Positions 28,401 to 38,121 are shown, numbered from the stretch's first letter. The stretch is 58,137 nt of DNA from Candidatus Harrisonbacteria bacterium RIFCSPHIGHO2_02_FULL_42_16 (GCA_001818695.1 MHJG01000025.1:8373-66509), one strand, 5' to 3'. Numbers and translations are program-made. The notes: generated from the sequence alone by a model not told the origin.

Positions 28401-29450
28401 CTACTCCAAACCAACTTTTTCTTTCACAATTTTGCTGATTTCGCTAAAAATCTTATAGGTCTCTTTAACTTGCTTAAGGGACTCCTGAACTAATGATTTT
28501 ACCGTCGGCGGTTGTTTTTTGCCGACTGCGTCCTTATTAACAGGGATTTTAAATTCCGGTTTTTTTTCAGCAGTATTTTCATCATTAACCGGCACAGCGA
28601 CAGTGGCGGTGGCAGTGGCATTATCCGCGCCAACGCCGATTAACTTAGCTTTAAGAGCGGAAACCCACCCAAAAAATCCGCTTGGCGTTGAAGTGGCGGC
28701 CAAAACCGCTTCGGTCGAAGTTGCCGAATCAAGAGCGTTCATCGGAAAAAGTTTGACAGTTATATTTTCCATAACCAATATCCTGGCCTCTTCATTCAAA
28801 CTTTCGGCTTTTTTCAATCTGGCGACAGCTTCAGCAAACAAAACTTGAGTATCCTCATTTTTAATAAGATTGGCATTTTCCAGTTTTTCTAAATCTAACT
28901 TAATTTTTTCCAACCGATTGCCGGTTAAATTTAAAATTGTTTTTTCCTGAAAAACCAGCGTAAAAGCCACGATATTTTCGGTTTTCGGAATATAAACCAA
29001 AGTATGCCAATCTTTAAAATCTTTGGCCAATTCCTTAACTTCCGAGGGCGTTATATCGTCCACCAATCTATCTCTGATGGTGCCGTAAACATTTTTATTT
29101 TCTTCCAACAACCCCAGCAAAGCGTCTCTGGTTTTTTCATTCTCCGCATTAAGGTCTTTTAAATTATTCAGTTTATTTTTAAGGTCTTCATCTTCTAACA
29201 GCGTCAAACTCAATACCTTATTAAGCGCCTCCGCCCTTGCTTGGATTTCTTTTTGCTCTTTTTCTTGTTCAGTCAAATCCGCGTCCTTTTTAACTTCCGC
29301 CAGCTTATTTATTTTTCCCGCCACATCTTTTAAGGCAGATTTCAATTCCTCCTGCGCGTAAACGTTTAAAGCATTGAAAAATAACCCGCCGGCAATAAGG
29401 CAAAGAAACAAATAATTAAAAAATAAATTTCCGATTAAAAATTTTTTCAT
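28401..29450 (-). CDS. Secreted coiled-coil protein, unknown function
   Basis: Signal-peptide-like N-terminus ending AQEE, then long heptad-like K/E/L-rich sequence. Sits downstream of the sigma/anti-sigma pair. Confidence 0.65.
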   Translation of the reverse strand: MKKFLIGNLFFNYLFLCLIAGGLFFNALNVYAQEELKSALKDVAGKINKLAEVKKDADLTEQEKEQKEIQARAEALNKVLSLTLLEDEDLKNKLNNLKDLNAENEKTRDALLGLLEENKNVYGTIRDRLVDDITPSEVKELAKDFKDWHTLVYIPKTENIVAFTLVFQEKTILNLTGNRLEKIKLDLEKLENANLIKNEDTQVLFAEAVARLKKAESLNEEARILVMENITVKLFPMNALDSATSTEAVLAATSTPSGFFGWVSALKAKLIGVGADNATATATVAVPVNDENTAEKKPEFKIPVNKDAVGKKQPPTVKSLVQESLKQVKETYKIFSEISKIVKEKVGLE

Positions 29451-29475
29451 ACGAACAACGGCTAAAAACCGGTTC

Positions 29476-29919
29476 CTATAAAGTCAGTCCGTCTAATAAT
29501 TTATTGATTTCTTGATTACGATTCTCCGCTTTATCCAATTCGCCCGAAGCCGCTTTCAAAGCTACTTCCACCGCTTCGGCGGAATCTTCATAATACTGAG
29601 CTTGCGACAGTTGAATCTGAATATCCAGATTTTTCACTTCTTTTTCCAAATTTTGCGAATCAAGGCCGGAAAGAAGAGACGGGGAAATAAGTTTTTTATT
29701 TATAAAGGATAGTCCTCCTAATATAAGAAAGATAAAAATCGCCACCAAGCCGAAAGCGGCGCTGAATTGCGCGATATTAAAAAATTGGCGAAATGCTCCG
29801 GCGGGCAAATCACCTTTTTGCGGAGAATTCAAAATAAAGGAACGGGAGCGTTCTTTAAAACCCCTATTGGGTTCAAGAGTATTAAACTTCTTTAATAATT
29901 GTTCCATTTGTGTTTCCAT
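29476..29919 (-). CDS. Single-pass membrane protein, anti-sigma-factor-like by position
   Basis: Overlaps the 3' end of the ECF sigma gene. One central TM helix. Confidence 0.55.
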   Translation of the reverse strand: METQMEQLLKKFNTLEPNRGFKERSRSFILNSPQKGDLPAGAFRQFFNIAQFSAAFGLVAIFIFLILGGLSFINKKLISPSLLSGLDSQNLEKEVKNLDIQIQLSQAQYYEDSAEAVEVALKAASGELDKAENRNQEINKLLDGLTL

Positions 29920-30451
29920 TTTCGTATAAATCTTTTAACTCTTTTAGCGCCCGATGCTGGATTAAACGGATTGCGCCTTCGCTTTTCCCCATTGAACCGG
30001 CAATTTCTTCATGCGATAAATCCTCAACAAAACGCATAATAATTACATCCTGATAATCCTGTCTGAGCAAAGGAATGGTTTTCTTTATTTTTTCCAATTG
30101 AAAATCTATGTCTAAATTTTCGCCGCTTCTGTCTATTACCTTAAAATCATCCTCGCCTGTCTTGCTTAAAGAGATATTATTTTTAGCGGTTCGGTAAGAA
30201 TCTATAACGGCATTCTTAGCAATTCTGTAAAGCCAGCTGGAAAAAGGAAATCCCTCGTCTTTATAGCCGCGCATATTCCGCCAGGCGCTAAAAAACACTT
30301 CATGAGTCAAGTCCTCCGCCTCTTGTTCATTGCTTACTTTAAGAAAAATATAACGGTATATTTTGGGAAGATAATAATCATAAAGCAGGCCAAAGGCCTC
30401 TTTATTCCCCTTTTTCGCTTTCTTTATATGTAATTTTTCACCTTCTATCAT
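29882..30451 (-). CDS. ECF-type RNA polymerase sigma-70 family factor
   Basis: Region 2 (YDYYLPKIYRYIF...DLTHEVF) and the region 4 HTH (LSHEEIAGSMGKSEGAIRLIQHRALKEL). Confidence 0.88.
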   Translation of the reverse strand: MIEGEKLHIKKAKKGNKEAFGLLYDYYLPKIYRYIFLKVSNEQEAEDLTHEVFFSAWRNMRGYKDEGFPFSSWLYRIAKNAVIDSYRTAKNNISLSKTGEDDFKVIDRSGENLDIDFQLEKIKKTIPLLRQDYQDVIIMRFVEDLSHEEIAGSMGKSEGAIRLIQHRALKELKDLYENGNTNGTIIKEV

Positions 30452-30508
30452 ATATAACGAATAACTTATGAATCTATTTCATAATTGATTATTCATCCTT
30501 ATTATACC

Positions 30509-30535
30509 AAAAAATCCGTACCAAAACCGTACGGA
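30509..30535 (-). terminator. Rho-independent terminator of the 30561..30881 gene
   Basis: The complement gives TCCGTAC-GGTTTTG-GTACGGA followed by TTTTTT. Confidence 0.7.
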
Positions 30536-30560
30536 CTTCTTAATATAAGCGCATTTTAAC

Positions 30561-30881
30561 TTACTCTCCCAACTCTTTCAATAGAGCGTCTAAGGAATCC
30601 TTTTCCGGACTGGAATTATCGGAATTGTCCATTATCGCGGCGGCTTCTTCCGATAAATTATTAAAACCGGGCAAGTCCAAATTTTGAGGTTCGGTCGCTT
30701 TCATTACAGGTTCTTCCTGTTCCTGATTTAACACATTAGCAAGCTCACTCCCGCCCGTTCCTGTTAATTTTAACGGTTCGATTTCCTTAACAAAATTTTC
30801 GGAGCTAAAAAACAAAGCAACGCCGAACACAGCCGCAATAAAAACTAAAACAATAAATTTTCTGGATAATGGGTCGCTCAT
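30561..30881 (-). CDS. Membrane-anchored acidic protein (106 aa)
   Basis: N-terminal TM and an acidic tail. No motif recognised. Confidence 0.55.
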   Translation of the reverse strand: MSDPLSRKFIVLVFIAAVFGVALFFSSENFVKEIEPLKLTGTGGSELANVLNQEQEEPVMKATEPQNLDLPGFNNLSEEAAAIMDNSDNSSPEKDSLDALLKELGE

Positions 30882-30918
30882 GATTCTATTATAATCGTTT
30901 TAATCAAAAAAATCAAAT

Positions 30919-31401
30919 TTATAAATTAGAACGCGGCCGCGGAGGATGCGGCGGGCGATTTTGAGAACCCATTCTTTGAAGATAATCATTAGCTTGTTTT
31001 AGCATAACCTTACTATTCTTATGTTTTAACAATTTTTGGGCGTCATTATGTAAAAACCAACCATACCCTTCATGCTCATAGGAAAGACGCACTTGCGGCT
31101 TATCCGTACGCGCCAGAAAAAATAGCACAATTTTAAAAATTTTCTGCCCGTCGCGCTGATAAATATATTTGTCGGTTACTTTAAAATTCCTTTCCAAACG
31201 CAAAGAATTGGCCGAAATTCCGGTCTCTTCCGCGGTTTCTCGCAATGCCGTTTGGTAACTGCGTTCGTCTTTTTCAATCTTGCCTTTGGGGAAATTCCAA
31301 TATCCCCTTCCGTGGTACATCAGAAGATATTTGGTATCCACTTTTCCGTCCCGGTCTTTTTCCCGTTTATATATGATTATTCCGGCTGAAATCTCACGCA
31401 T
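30919..31401 (-). CDS. Nudix hydrolase
   Basis: Nudix box GKIEKDERSYQTALRETAEETGI. Confidence 0.9.
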   Translation of the reverse strand: MREISAGIIIYKREKDRDGKVDTKYLLMYHGRGYWNFPKGKIEKDERSYQTALRETAEETGISANSLRLERNFKVTDKYIYQRDGQKIFKIVLFFLARTDKPQVRLSYEHEGYGWFLHNDAQKLLKHKNSKVMLKQANDYLQRMGSQNRPPHPPRPRSNL

Positions 31402-31479
31402 AAATACTACACGATACTAATATACGAATACATACTAATAATACGAATCATACTAATCTTACCACCTATTTCAATTTTA

Positions 31480-31507
31480 AAAAAGAAAACCGCTTAAATG
31501 CGGTTTT
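31480..31507 (-). terminator. Terminator hairpin (aaaaccgc-ttaaat-gcggtttt) with a T-run on the minus strand
   Basis: Read directly. Lies between the 31599 gene and the Nudix gene. Confidence 0.7.
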
Positions 31508-31598
31508 AAAAATATAAATAATTATTCATTTTCACCTCTTTCTCCGAATAAAACTACAAGCCGTTCGCGATATTTTTCAAAAGAAAAACCACTCATAC

Positions 31599-32039
31599 TT
31601 AAGTGGTTTCTTTAATTTCTTGTTCACGAAGATATTGATCGCAATCTTGGCAATATTCTGCTTTTACTTTCCAAAACCAACTGGAATAACCGCAATCGCT
31701 TTTGCTCCGCTCTTCAACTTTAAAATATTTATTGATATGCGAACATTTTTTACGAAGCGCCGCCAATCTTTCTTTGGATTGCTCCAAAATATCAAATAAT
31801 TTTCTGTTCTGTTTTTTGTTTTCAATTTCAACTTCTAATTTAGAAATTTCTAAGTCGTTTAATACTCTAAATCTTTCTTTGCCGGGTATTAAATCATTAA
31901 AAAAAATAGCACGTTTATCTTCTTTAAATTTTTTTTGCCTCTTCTGATAATCTTCAGAAAGCTTTGAACGTTCAGATTCTTTTTTCTTAATTTCAGCAAG
32001 CAATTTTTGACATTCACGCGCTTCCTCTATATTCAGCAT
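31599..32039 (-). CDS. Orphan coiled-coil protein with a C-terminal Cys cluster
   Basis: The preferred ATG at 32039 is preceded by GGAGAAAAAG. The body is K/E-rich coiled coil, followed by C-x16-C-x14-C-x2-C. Confidence 0.65.
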   Translation of the reverse strand: MLNIEEARECQKLLAEIKKKESERSKLSEDYQKRQKKFKEDKRAIFFNDLIPGKERFRVLNDLEISKLEVEIENKKQNRKLFDILEQSKERLAALRKKCSHINKYFKVEERSKSDCGYSSWFWKVKAEYCQDCDQYLREQEIKETT

Positions 32040-32078
32040 TTTCTTTTTCTCCTTTTCACTTTTCAAGGTTATGAATAG

Positions 32079-32107
32079 AGTATAGGGCAACAATAGATTA
32101 ATGTCAA
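32079..32107 (-). promoter_or_regulatory. Sigma-70 consensus promoter TTGACA-N17-TATACT
   Basis: The complement of 32102..32107 is TTGACA (overlapping the polX stop) and of 32079..32084 is TATACT. Part of the shared 60-nt cassette. Confidence 0.7.
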
Positions 32108-33876
32108 TCCTTTAAAAATTTCAACATCTTCTCCAATGGCCAAGCATTGATTATATCTCCGCGTTCCACCCAGCCGCGACGCGCCTGCGCAATCCCATAT
32201 TCCAACCATTCAAAATGAAAAATAGAATGGGCATCGGAATCAATAGACATTTTTACTCCTTGCCCAACGCATTTTCTGATATACTCGTCTTTTAAATCAG
32301 CGCGGTCGGAAGCGTTGATTTCCAAAACTGTTTTGGTTTTTTTAGCGTGGCGAACCAATTCCTCCACATCAACATCATACGGCTCCCGTTTATTCAATAT
32401 CCTGCCGGTAGGATGGAAAATAATATCCACATTCGGATTAGACATCGCCCGCTTAATCCGTTCGGTCTGGTCTTTGCGCGACAAATTAAAAACCGAATGA
32501 ACCGACGCGCCCGCTATCTCGCATTTAGATAAAATACTGTCCGGCAAATCCATGGTGCCGTCTTTTAAAATATCACACTCAGTACCCTTAAGAACTTTGA
32601 ATTTTAAACCTTTAACTTTTAACTTGCGGTTGACTTCGTCAATCTCCTGCCATTGCTTTTTAATCCGTTTTTCATCCAGCCCGTTCGTTATGGTTAAACG
32701 CTTGGTATGGTCGGTAATGGCAATATATTCCAAACCGCGCTCCATTGCCGCTCTTGCCATTTCCTCAATGGAATTCGCGCCGTCTGTCCAATTGGTCTGA
32801 ATCTGTAAATCGCCTTTTAAGTCATCGTAACCAACTAAATTTGGAAGTTTTCCGACAATAGACGCTTCAATTTCTCCTGTCATTTCCCGCAATTCCGGCT
32901 CTATATACTGAAGCCCCAGTTTTTCATACAATTCCTCTTCAGTACGCCCGGCAATAAACTTGTCTCTTATCGCTTGTCGCTTGTCGCTTTTAAAAAGTCC
33001 GTACTCGTTTAGCTTCCATCCTTTTTTAATCGCTATTTCCCGCAAAGCAATATTATGCTCCTTAGAACCGGTAAAATAATTCAAAGCGGCGCCGTAGGAT
33101 TCCGCCGGTACCACCCGCACATCCACATCCAAACCGTTTTTTAATTTTACCGCCGATTTAGTTTCTCCACGCGCGAAAACCCTCGCCACTTCCGGCATAT
33201 TTACAAAATAGTCCATTATTTTACCAGCAGTAGCTTTAGCGGAGGCGGGCTGGTTTTCTTTAATAATCACTAAAATATCCGCGTCGCCGATAGTTTCTTT
33301 CCGCCGCCTCACCGAACCGGCGGCTACGGCTTTTTCCACGCCCTTAATGGCGCGAAACCGCGATTCAATTTCCCGAATCTTGGGCATTGCCAGCCCCAAA
33401 ATAAACCGGCCACCGGATTTTTTTAAAAATTCAATTCCCTTTAAGATATTTTCTTCGCTTTTAACTCCAAATCCTTTAAGATTACGGATTCGACCGGAAG
33501 CAATGGCCTTTTCCAAATCCCTTAATCCGCGAATTCCCAATTTTTCATAAAGCGTTTTAAGGGTCTTAGAACCCAACCCCTCAATACCCTGAAAATCCCC
33601 GAGCCGTATCGGAGTTTTTTTTCTTAGGCCATCGTAATAGCGCGAATGTCCGGTCTTAAGCAATTCTTCAACTTTTTCCGCGATAGACGCGCCAACGCCC
33701 GGAATCGCTTCCAGCGCTTTTAGCCCGCCTTTCGTATATATATCTTTTACTTCCTCGCTTAATTCCGATACCGTTTCCGCCACTTTTTCATAAGCTCTTG
33801 GCTTAAAAGGCACAGCATCCATATCCAAATAAATGCTGATTTCATTTAAAATTTTGGCGATTTCTTGATTGTCCAT
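32104..33876 (-). CDS. polX: Family X DNA polymerase with a C-terminal PHP domain (PolX)
   Basis: HhH motifs, the Pol-beta nucleotidyltransferase motif GSVRRRKETIGDADILV and a PHP domain (IAITDHTKRL, SIDSDAH). Confidence 0.9.
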   Translation of the reverse strand: MDNQEIAKILNEISIYLDMDAVPFKPRAYEKVAETVSELSEEVKDIYTKGGLKALEAIPGVGASIAEKVEELLKTGHSRYYDGLRKKTPIRLGDFQGIEGLGSKTLKTLYEKLGIRGLRDLEKAIASGRIRNLKGFGVKSEENILKGIEFLKKSGGRFILGLAMPKIREIESRFRAIKGVEKAVAAGSVRRRKETIGDADILVIIKENQPASAKATAGKIMDYFVNMPEVARVFARGETKSAVKLKNGLDVDVRVVPAESYGAALNYFTGSKEHNIALREIAIKKGWKLNEYGLFKSDKRQAIRDKFIAGRTEEELYEKLGLQYIEPELREMTGEIEASIVGKLPNLVGYDDLKGDLQIQTNWTDGANSIEEMARAAMERGLEYIAITDHTKRLTITNGLDEKRIKKQWQEIDEVNRKLKVKGLKFKVLKGTECDILKDGTMDLPDSILSKCEIAGASVHSVFNLSRKDQTERIKRAMSNPNVDIIFHPTGRILNKREPYDVDVEELVRHAKKTKTVLEINASDRADLKDEYIRKCVGQGVKMSIDSDAHSIFHFEWLEYGIAQARRGWVERGDIINAWPLEKMLKFLKD

Positions 33877-34025
33877 CCCTCACCCTTAAAGGATTGCGAA
33901 AGCAAATACAATGCTCCGCTGATTAATACTTCGACTGATTTTCATACACTCACTATAAATACACATAAATTTTTATAAATATCTATCCTTTAAGGGTGAG
34001 GGATCAATGCTTCAAGGGTGAGGGA
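33876..34025. repeat. Inverted-repeat element: 19-nt arms at 33876..33894 and 33985..34003 (19/19 complementary, 90-nt loop), plus a third partial arm at 34011..34025
   Basis: tccctcacccttaaaggat / atcctttaagggtgaggga, read directly. The left arm includes the first base of the polX ATG. Confidence 0.9.
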
Positions 34026-34685
34026 CTATTTTAGCCCTGCCCGTATATGGTCCACCAATTGAGGGGCGGAAACGGTTTTCTTGGGCAAAATAAGGTCCGG
34101 AACAAATAAAAGCAGTCCGGCGCTGGAGAGCGCCAATAATCCCACTGATAAAAAAACCAATTTGAATCCGAACATACTGGCTAAAGAAGCGCCCAGAAAA
34201 CCGGCCAAACCGATGCCAAAGCTCACAGAACTGCTGGAAATCGCCCAATCAAAAGCAGTGTGTTTTTTATCCAAATGCCTGGAAAAAATCGCCGACCATG
34301 CCGGAATATAAAACGAAAAACCAATGGCTTTCAAAAATTGGATAATATAAACATGCCAGATAGCCGTCGCCAGCATCAAACTGAAAGCGGAAACGCCGAT
34401 TATCATTAAGCCGAAAATCAAAGCGTAAAAATCGTCCCGCTCCCCGTGCGTTTTATCCAAAAACAAAGAAATCGGAATTTGCAGGAACCCCTTAACAAAC
34501 CAATAAATCGTGGCTAAAAATCCGATAGTAATCAGATTCGCCCCCGCCACATTATTTATCAAAAATACCGCAAAAATCGGGTCCAATAATCCCCAGCCGG
34601 ACCACATAATCAAATCACCGATGATAAAATACCGGACAATCTTATTGAGCGGAGGAATAAAATCCAGATTGAATTTAATAATCAT
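34026..34685 (-). CDS. Six-TM, half-size MFS-like membrane protein (possibly truncated)
   Basis: Six hydrophobic helices with an MFS motif-A-like loop (LDKTHGERDD). At 219 aa it is about half a normal MFS transporter. Its stop abuts the repeat element. Confidence 0.55.
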   Translation of the reverse strand: MIIKFNLDFIPPLNKIVRYFIIGDLIMWSGWGLLDPIFAVFLINNVAGANLITIGFLATIYWFVKGFLQIPISLFLDKTHGERDDFYALIFGLMIIGVSAFSLMLATAIWHVYIIQFLKAIGFSFYIPAWSAIFSRHLDKKHTAFDWAISSSSVSFGIGLAGFLGASLASMFGFKLVFLSVGLLALSSAGLLLFVPDLILPKKTVSAPQLVDHIRAGLK

Positions 34686-37206
34686 AAGTTAATTCATCGC
34701 CTTTAATGCCTATTTTAACCGCGCCGCCGCGGCTGATTTCCTTTTTTAAAATTTTTTCCGCAAGCACGCTTTTAATTCTATCAGAAATCACTCCGCGCAA
34801 CGGCCGGGCTCCAAAAACCGGGTCATATCCCCACTCCGCGATTTTTTTGACCGCTTCCGGCGAAAAAACCATTTCCATGCCTTGATTCTTTTTCAAATCA
34901 TCGGATAATTCTTTAAGCAAAATTCCGGCGATGGCAACAATGTCTTCCGGCGATAAACTCTTAAACACAATAATGCTGGAAAAGCGGTTAATTAGCTCCG
35001 GCCGGAAATATTCGGTTAATTTTTTCTTGAGCGCCTCGCTGATTTCCGCCATATTCTTTCCGGATTCCAATTCTGATTTTATAAAATTGGAATGGGCGTT
35101 AGAAGTGGCGATAATAACAGTATTGGAAAAATCCGCCACTTTGCCTAAATTATCCGTCAGCCGACCATCGTCAAAAACCTGCAAAAATAAGTTTAAAATA
35201 TCCGGGTGCGCTTTCTCAAATTCATCCAGAAGAATCAAGCTATAAGGTTTCCGCAATACCGCATCCGTCATCGCTCCGCTTATTAAGCCGTCCGGCGAAC
35301 CGATAAAACGGGCGATGCTTTCTTTGGTCTGGTATTCCGACATATCAAAACGAAGCATTGATTCTTTGGAACCAAACTGGATGCTGGCCAAAATTTTGGA
35401 AAGCTCGGTTTTCCCGACTCCGGTCGGACCAACGAAAAGAAAGGCGGCAATCGGACCGCCCTGCCTGGAAAGCCCACTCCGATATTCCCGCAAAGAACGG
35501 GAAACCGCTTTTACCGCTTCTTCCTGGTCAACCAGCCGCCGATGAATCAATGCTTCCATATTCAAAAGATCCTGCGCCTCGGTTTCTTTTGCCTGGCGAA
35601 GAGGGATATTCACGCGACGCTGGGCAATATCAGTAACATCATCGGCATTAAGCACTTTGTCGCCCTTATCTTTAGCGTCCGAAAGAGTTTCTTTTAGCAA
35701 TTCCTCCGCGCTGGAAGGTAAAAGCTTATCCCGAAAATACTTTGAAGCCAATGTTACGGCTTGCTTGACGGCGGCAAAAGTCACAAAAACCTTGAATTGC
35801 TTTTCTAAAATAATGCTATCGTAAACTAGCAAGCGGGTGGCATCGGAAACGGATATTTCCTCCACCCGAACGGTCTCAAACGCTTTAACAAAATCGCTAT
35901 AATGCTCGGTAAGCTGTTTATATTCTTTCGGATAAGTTACTCCAATAACGGAAAAGGCGCTGGATTTGATTGCCGGCAACAGAATATCCGCGGCATTGAT
36001 ATTTTCCCGGCCGGAAGTCCGAACTAAATTATGGATGTCCGGAATATATAAAATAATATTATTGGCCTGCGTTATTTCCTCAAGCATTTTTGTAAGCCGG
36101 GCCTGCAATTCTCCGTGAGTGGCACCGGCGACTAAACTGCCTATTTCCAGCATCACCAAACGCTTGTCAAAAAGCTCCGAAGGAACTTTGTCTTTGATAA
36201 TATTAAAAGCCAAATGAGCGACTATTGTTTCTTTTCCCGAACCCGGGTCTCCGACCAATAAAACATTCGGCTTGGCGGGACGGGACAGCACATCCGCCAA
36301 ACGGTCATATTCTTCCTCGTGACCTATTAAAAAACCAATTCTTTCCAGCCGCGCGTAATCAGTCAGGTCCTGGCTGTATTTATCCAAAACCGGAGTAGGC
36401 CGGGCGCTCCAGGCGCGATTCATAATCCGATGGCGGATTTTATACGGTTTATAAGCAAATCCTCCCAAACTTGACGGAAGATATTTCAACCACCTAAATT
36501 TTCTGTGATAACGGCTAAAAATCAGAGCGTTTTCCAAATCGCCCGGGTCAATGTTAAAAAGCTGAAGAATCCGCAAAACAGCGCTGCTTTCACAATGGCT
36601 TAAAGCGGCAAATAAATCCTTCGGCTCTATAAACCGGTTATCCGCCGCCATTGCCTGTTCCATCGCCAATTTCAGAATTTTTTCAATTTCGGCCAGCATT
36701 TTTTCCTTTTGCTCTTTTTTATCCAAAACGTACTTTTTCTCTTCCAAGCTATTTTTCAGCGCTTCGTCAATTTTTTCGTCCACCTCTTCAGGATTCAAAT
36801 CCATCCTTGTTAATCCGCTCCGAATATCTTTCTTGTCAATCAGCCGCTTTAAAATAAATAAATAAAAATTTCCGTCAAAAATTGATACCCGTTCAAAAGC
36901 GTATTCCAAAACAGCAAAAGTAGCCGGCGTAACATATTGCGCTAAATTAACTTTACCGTGTAATTCTCGATTCAATGCCCGCTCGGCCTGGCCAAAATGC
37001 TTAGCCCTATCCAATAAAATTAAAAGCAACAAAATACCCGTCCAGCGGATTTTTGGAATATCCGAAAGCAAAAATGTGGCGCAGGCGGCAATCAATATTC
37101 CGTAAGCGGAATAAAAAATTAATCTTACCAACAGCCGGCCGGCAGAAGTCATCCGCAGGCGCGGGTCATAAAAATATAAATTTATATTTTTAAAATCGGG
37201 CTTCAT
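34675..37206 (-). CDS. ClpA/B/C-family double-AAA+ protein with an N-terminal membrane anchor and a degenerate first ATPase module
   Basis: NBD2 is canonical (GPTGVGKTE; LILLDEFEKAH). NBD1 has GDPGSGKET (Glu where Thr/Ser is expected) and ILYIPDIH instead of ILFIDELH. Two N-terminal hydrophobic helices precede the Clp_N-like repeats. Confidence 0.85.
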   Translation of the reverse strand: MKPDFKNINLYFYDPRLRMTSAGRLLVRLIFYSAYGILIAACATFLLSDIPKIRWTGILLLLILLDRAKHFGQAERALNRELHGKVNLAQYVTPATFAVLEYAFERVSIFDGNFYLFILKRLIDKKDIRSGLTRMDLNPEEVDEKIDEALKNSLEEKKYVLDKKEQKEKMLAEIEKILKLAMEQAMAADNRFIEPKDLFAALSHCESSAVLRILQLFNIDPGDLENALIFSRYHRKFRWLKYLPSSLGGFAYKPYKIRHRIMNRAWSARPTPVLDKYSQDLTDYARLERIGFLIGHEEEYDRLADVLSRPAKPNVLLVGDPGSGKETIVAHLAFNIIKDKVPSELFDKRLVMLEIGSLVAGATHGELQARLTKMLEEITQANNIILYIPDIHNLVRTSGRENINAADILLPAIKSSAFSVIGVTYPKEYKQLTEHYSDFVKAFETVRVEEISVSDATRLLVYDSIILEKQFKVFVTFAAVKQAVTLASKYFRDKLLPSSAEELLKETLSDAKDKGDKVLNADDVTDIAQRRVNIPLRQAKETEAQDLLNMEALIHRRLVDQEEAVKAVSRSLREYRSGLSRQGGPIAAFLFVGPTGVGKTELSKILASIQFGSKESMLRFDMSEYQTKESIARFIGSPDGLISGAMTDAVLRKPYSLILLDEFEKAHPDILNLFLQVFDDGRLTDNLGKVADFSNTVIIATSNAHSNFIKSELESGKNMAEISEALKKKLTEYFRPELINRFSSIIVFKSLSPEDIVAIAGILLKELSDDLKKNQGMEMVFSPEAVKKIAEWGYDPVFGARPLRGVISDRIKSVLAEKILKKEISRGGAVKIGIKGDELTYDY

Positions 37207-37571
37207 AAATCAATTACAATCCTATAAATCGCGTATAACGGCAAAAAAGCCCAAAGAAAAAATGACGCCGACGATAGAAAAATTACCGTAAAATAAACGG
37301 CTATGGCGGCAAAAATTCTAACAGTACGGAATAAAAATCCCCATAAATAGCCGATTAAACTGTAATCCTGATAAAGCGGCTGGAACCAATTTTTAAAAGT
37401 AACTCTAAGCGCGAATACCCTGTCTAAACGTTCCAGAAAATTCAAGGTCCAATAAACTGCCCGAAAAAAACCATTAAAATACCAATGTCTAAAAAAATCA
37501 GCAATCCGAATCCTAAAATGATTTAAAACGTATAATAGCGAAACCTCCATCTTATTTTTATTATACAACAC
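37203..37571 (-). CDS. Membrane protein (122 aa) translationally coupled to the Clp gene
   Basis: 4-nt overlap with the Clp ATG. Three hydrophobic segments. Confidence 0.6.
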   Translation of the reverse strand: MLYNKNKMEVSLLYVLNHFRIRIADFFRHWYFNGFFRAVYWTLNFLERLDRVFALRVTFKNWFQPLYQDYSLIGYLWGFLFRTVRIFAAIAVYFTVIFLSSASFFLWAFLPLYAIYRIVIDL

Positions 37572-37612
37572 ATTGAACCGTTATTAAAAAATCCCTCTAA
37601 TCAAGGGGGATT

Positions 37613-38062
37613 TTAATGCAGGTATTGATAAACTTCTTCCGAACTATTAAATATCCTGCCTTCTTTCAAAATAAATAATTGTTCCGTCCTGCCGGGAGCG
37701 ACTTTCAACTTCAAGAAAACGCCTATAAATTTATTCCCATTCTTCAAATCGCCGAAAACTATGCCCTCGTTCTTCATTCCCCAAATCCATCGCCCATCTT
37801 TAAGCAATTGGCTGTATTTAACTTTTTTAAAAAACTTTCCGTCTCTTTCCTCTCCTAGGAACCAAGCTCTGAAAAAAATGCCTAAATTAAAGAAATTTAC
37901 CTCCAAAATCCGTTCGGCCGGGCCATATTTGAGAATTTTTCTGTGTTCAATTTTTGGACCGATATTTTTCTGAACGCCGTTAGGAAGCCGTAACCAAAAA
38001 AACTTCTCGTCTGCGTCAACAATTTCCCAAACTCTTCTGTTCCAGATCTTAGGAAATTCCAT
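37613..38062 (-). CDS. Orphan hypothetical protein (149 aa)
   Basis: Long ORF on the gene-sense strand. No motif recognised. Confidence 0.55.
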   Translation of the reverse strand: MEFPKIWNRRVWEIVDADEKFFWLRLPNGVQKNIGPKIEHRKILKYGPAERILEVNFFNLGIFFRAWFLGEERDGKFFKKVKYSQLLKDGRWIWGMKNEGIVFGDLKNGNKFIGVFLKLKVAPGRTEQLFILKEGRIFNSSEEVYQYLH

Positions 38063-38121
38063 AGCTATCCCCGTTTCAAAAAATAATCTATTAAAATCTT
38101 AACAAGTAAATGGGGGGTTGT

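Noticed and set aside
31506-31529. A 7-codon mini-ORF (MNNYLYF) with a strong AGAGGTGA SD, running into a terminator hairpin upstream of the Nudix gene.
   Set aside because: It could be a leader-peptide attenuator, but there are no alternative pairings or codon runs to support that. It is too short to evaluate.
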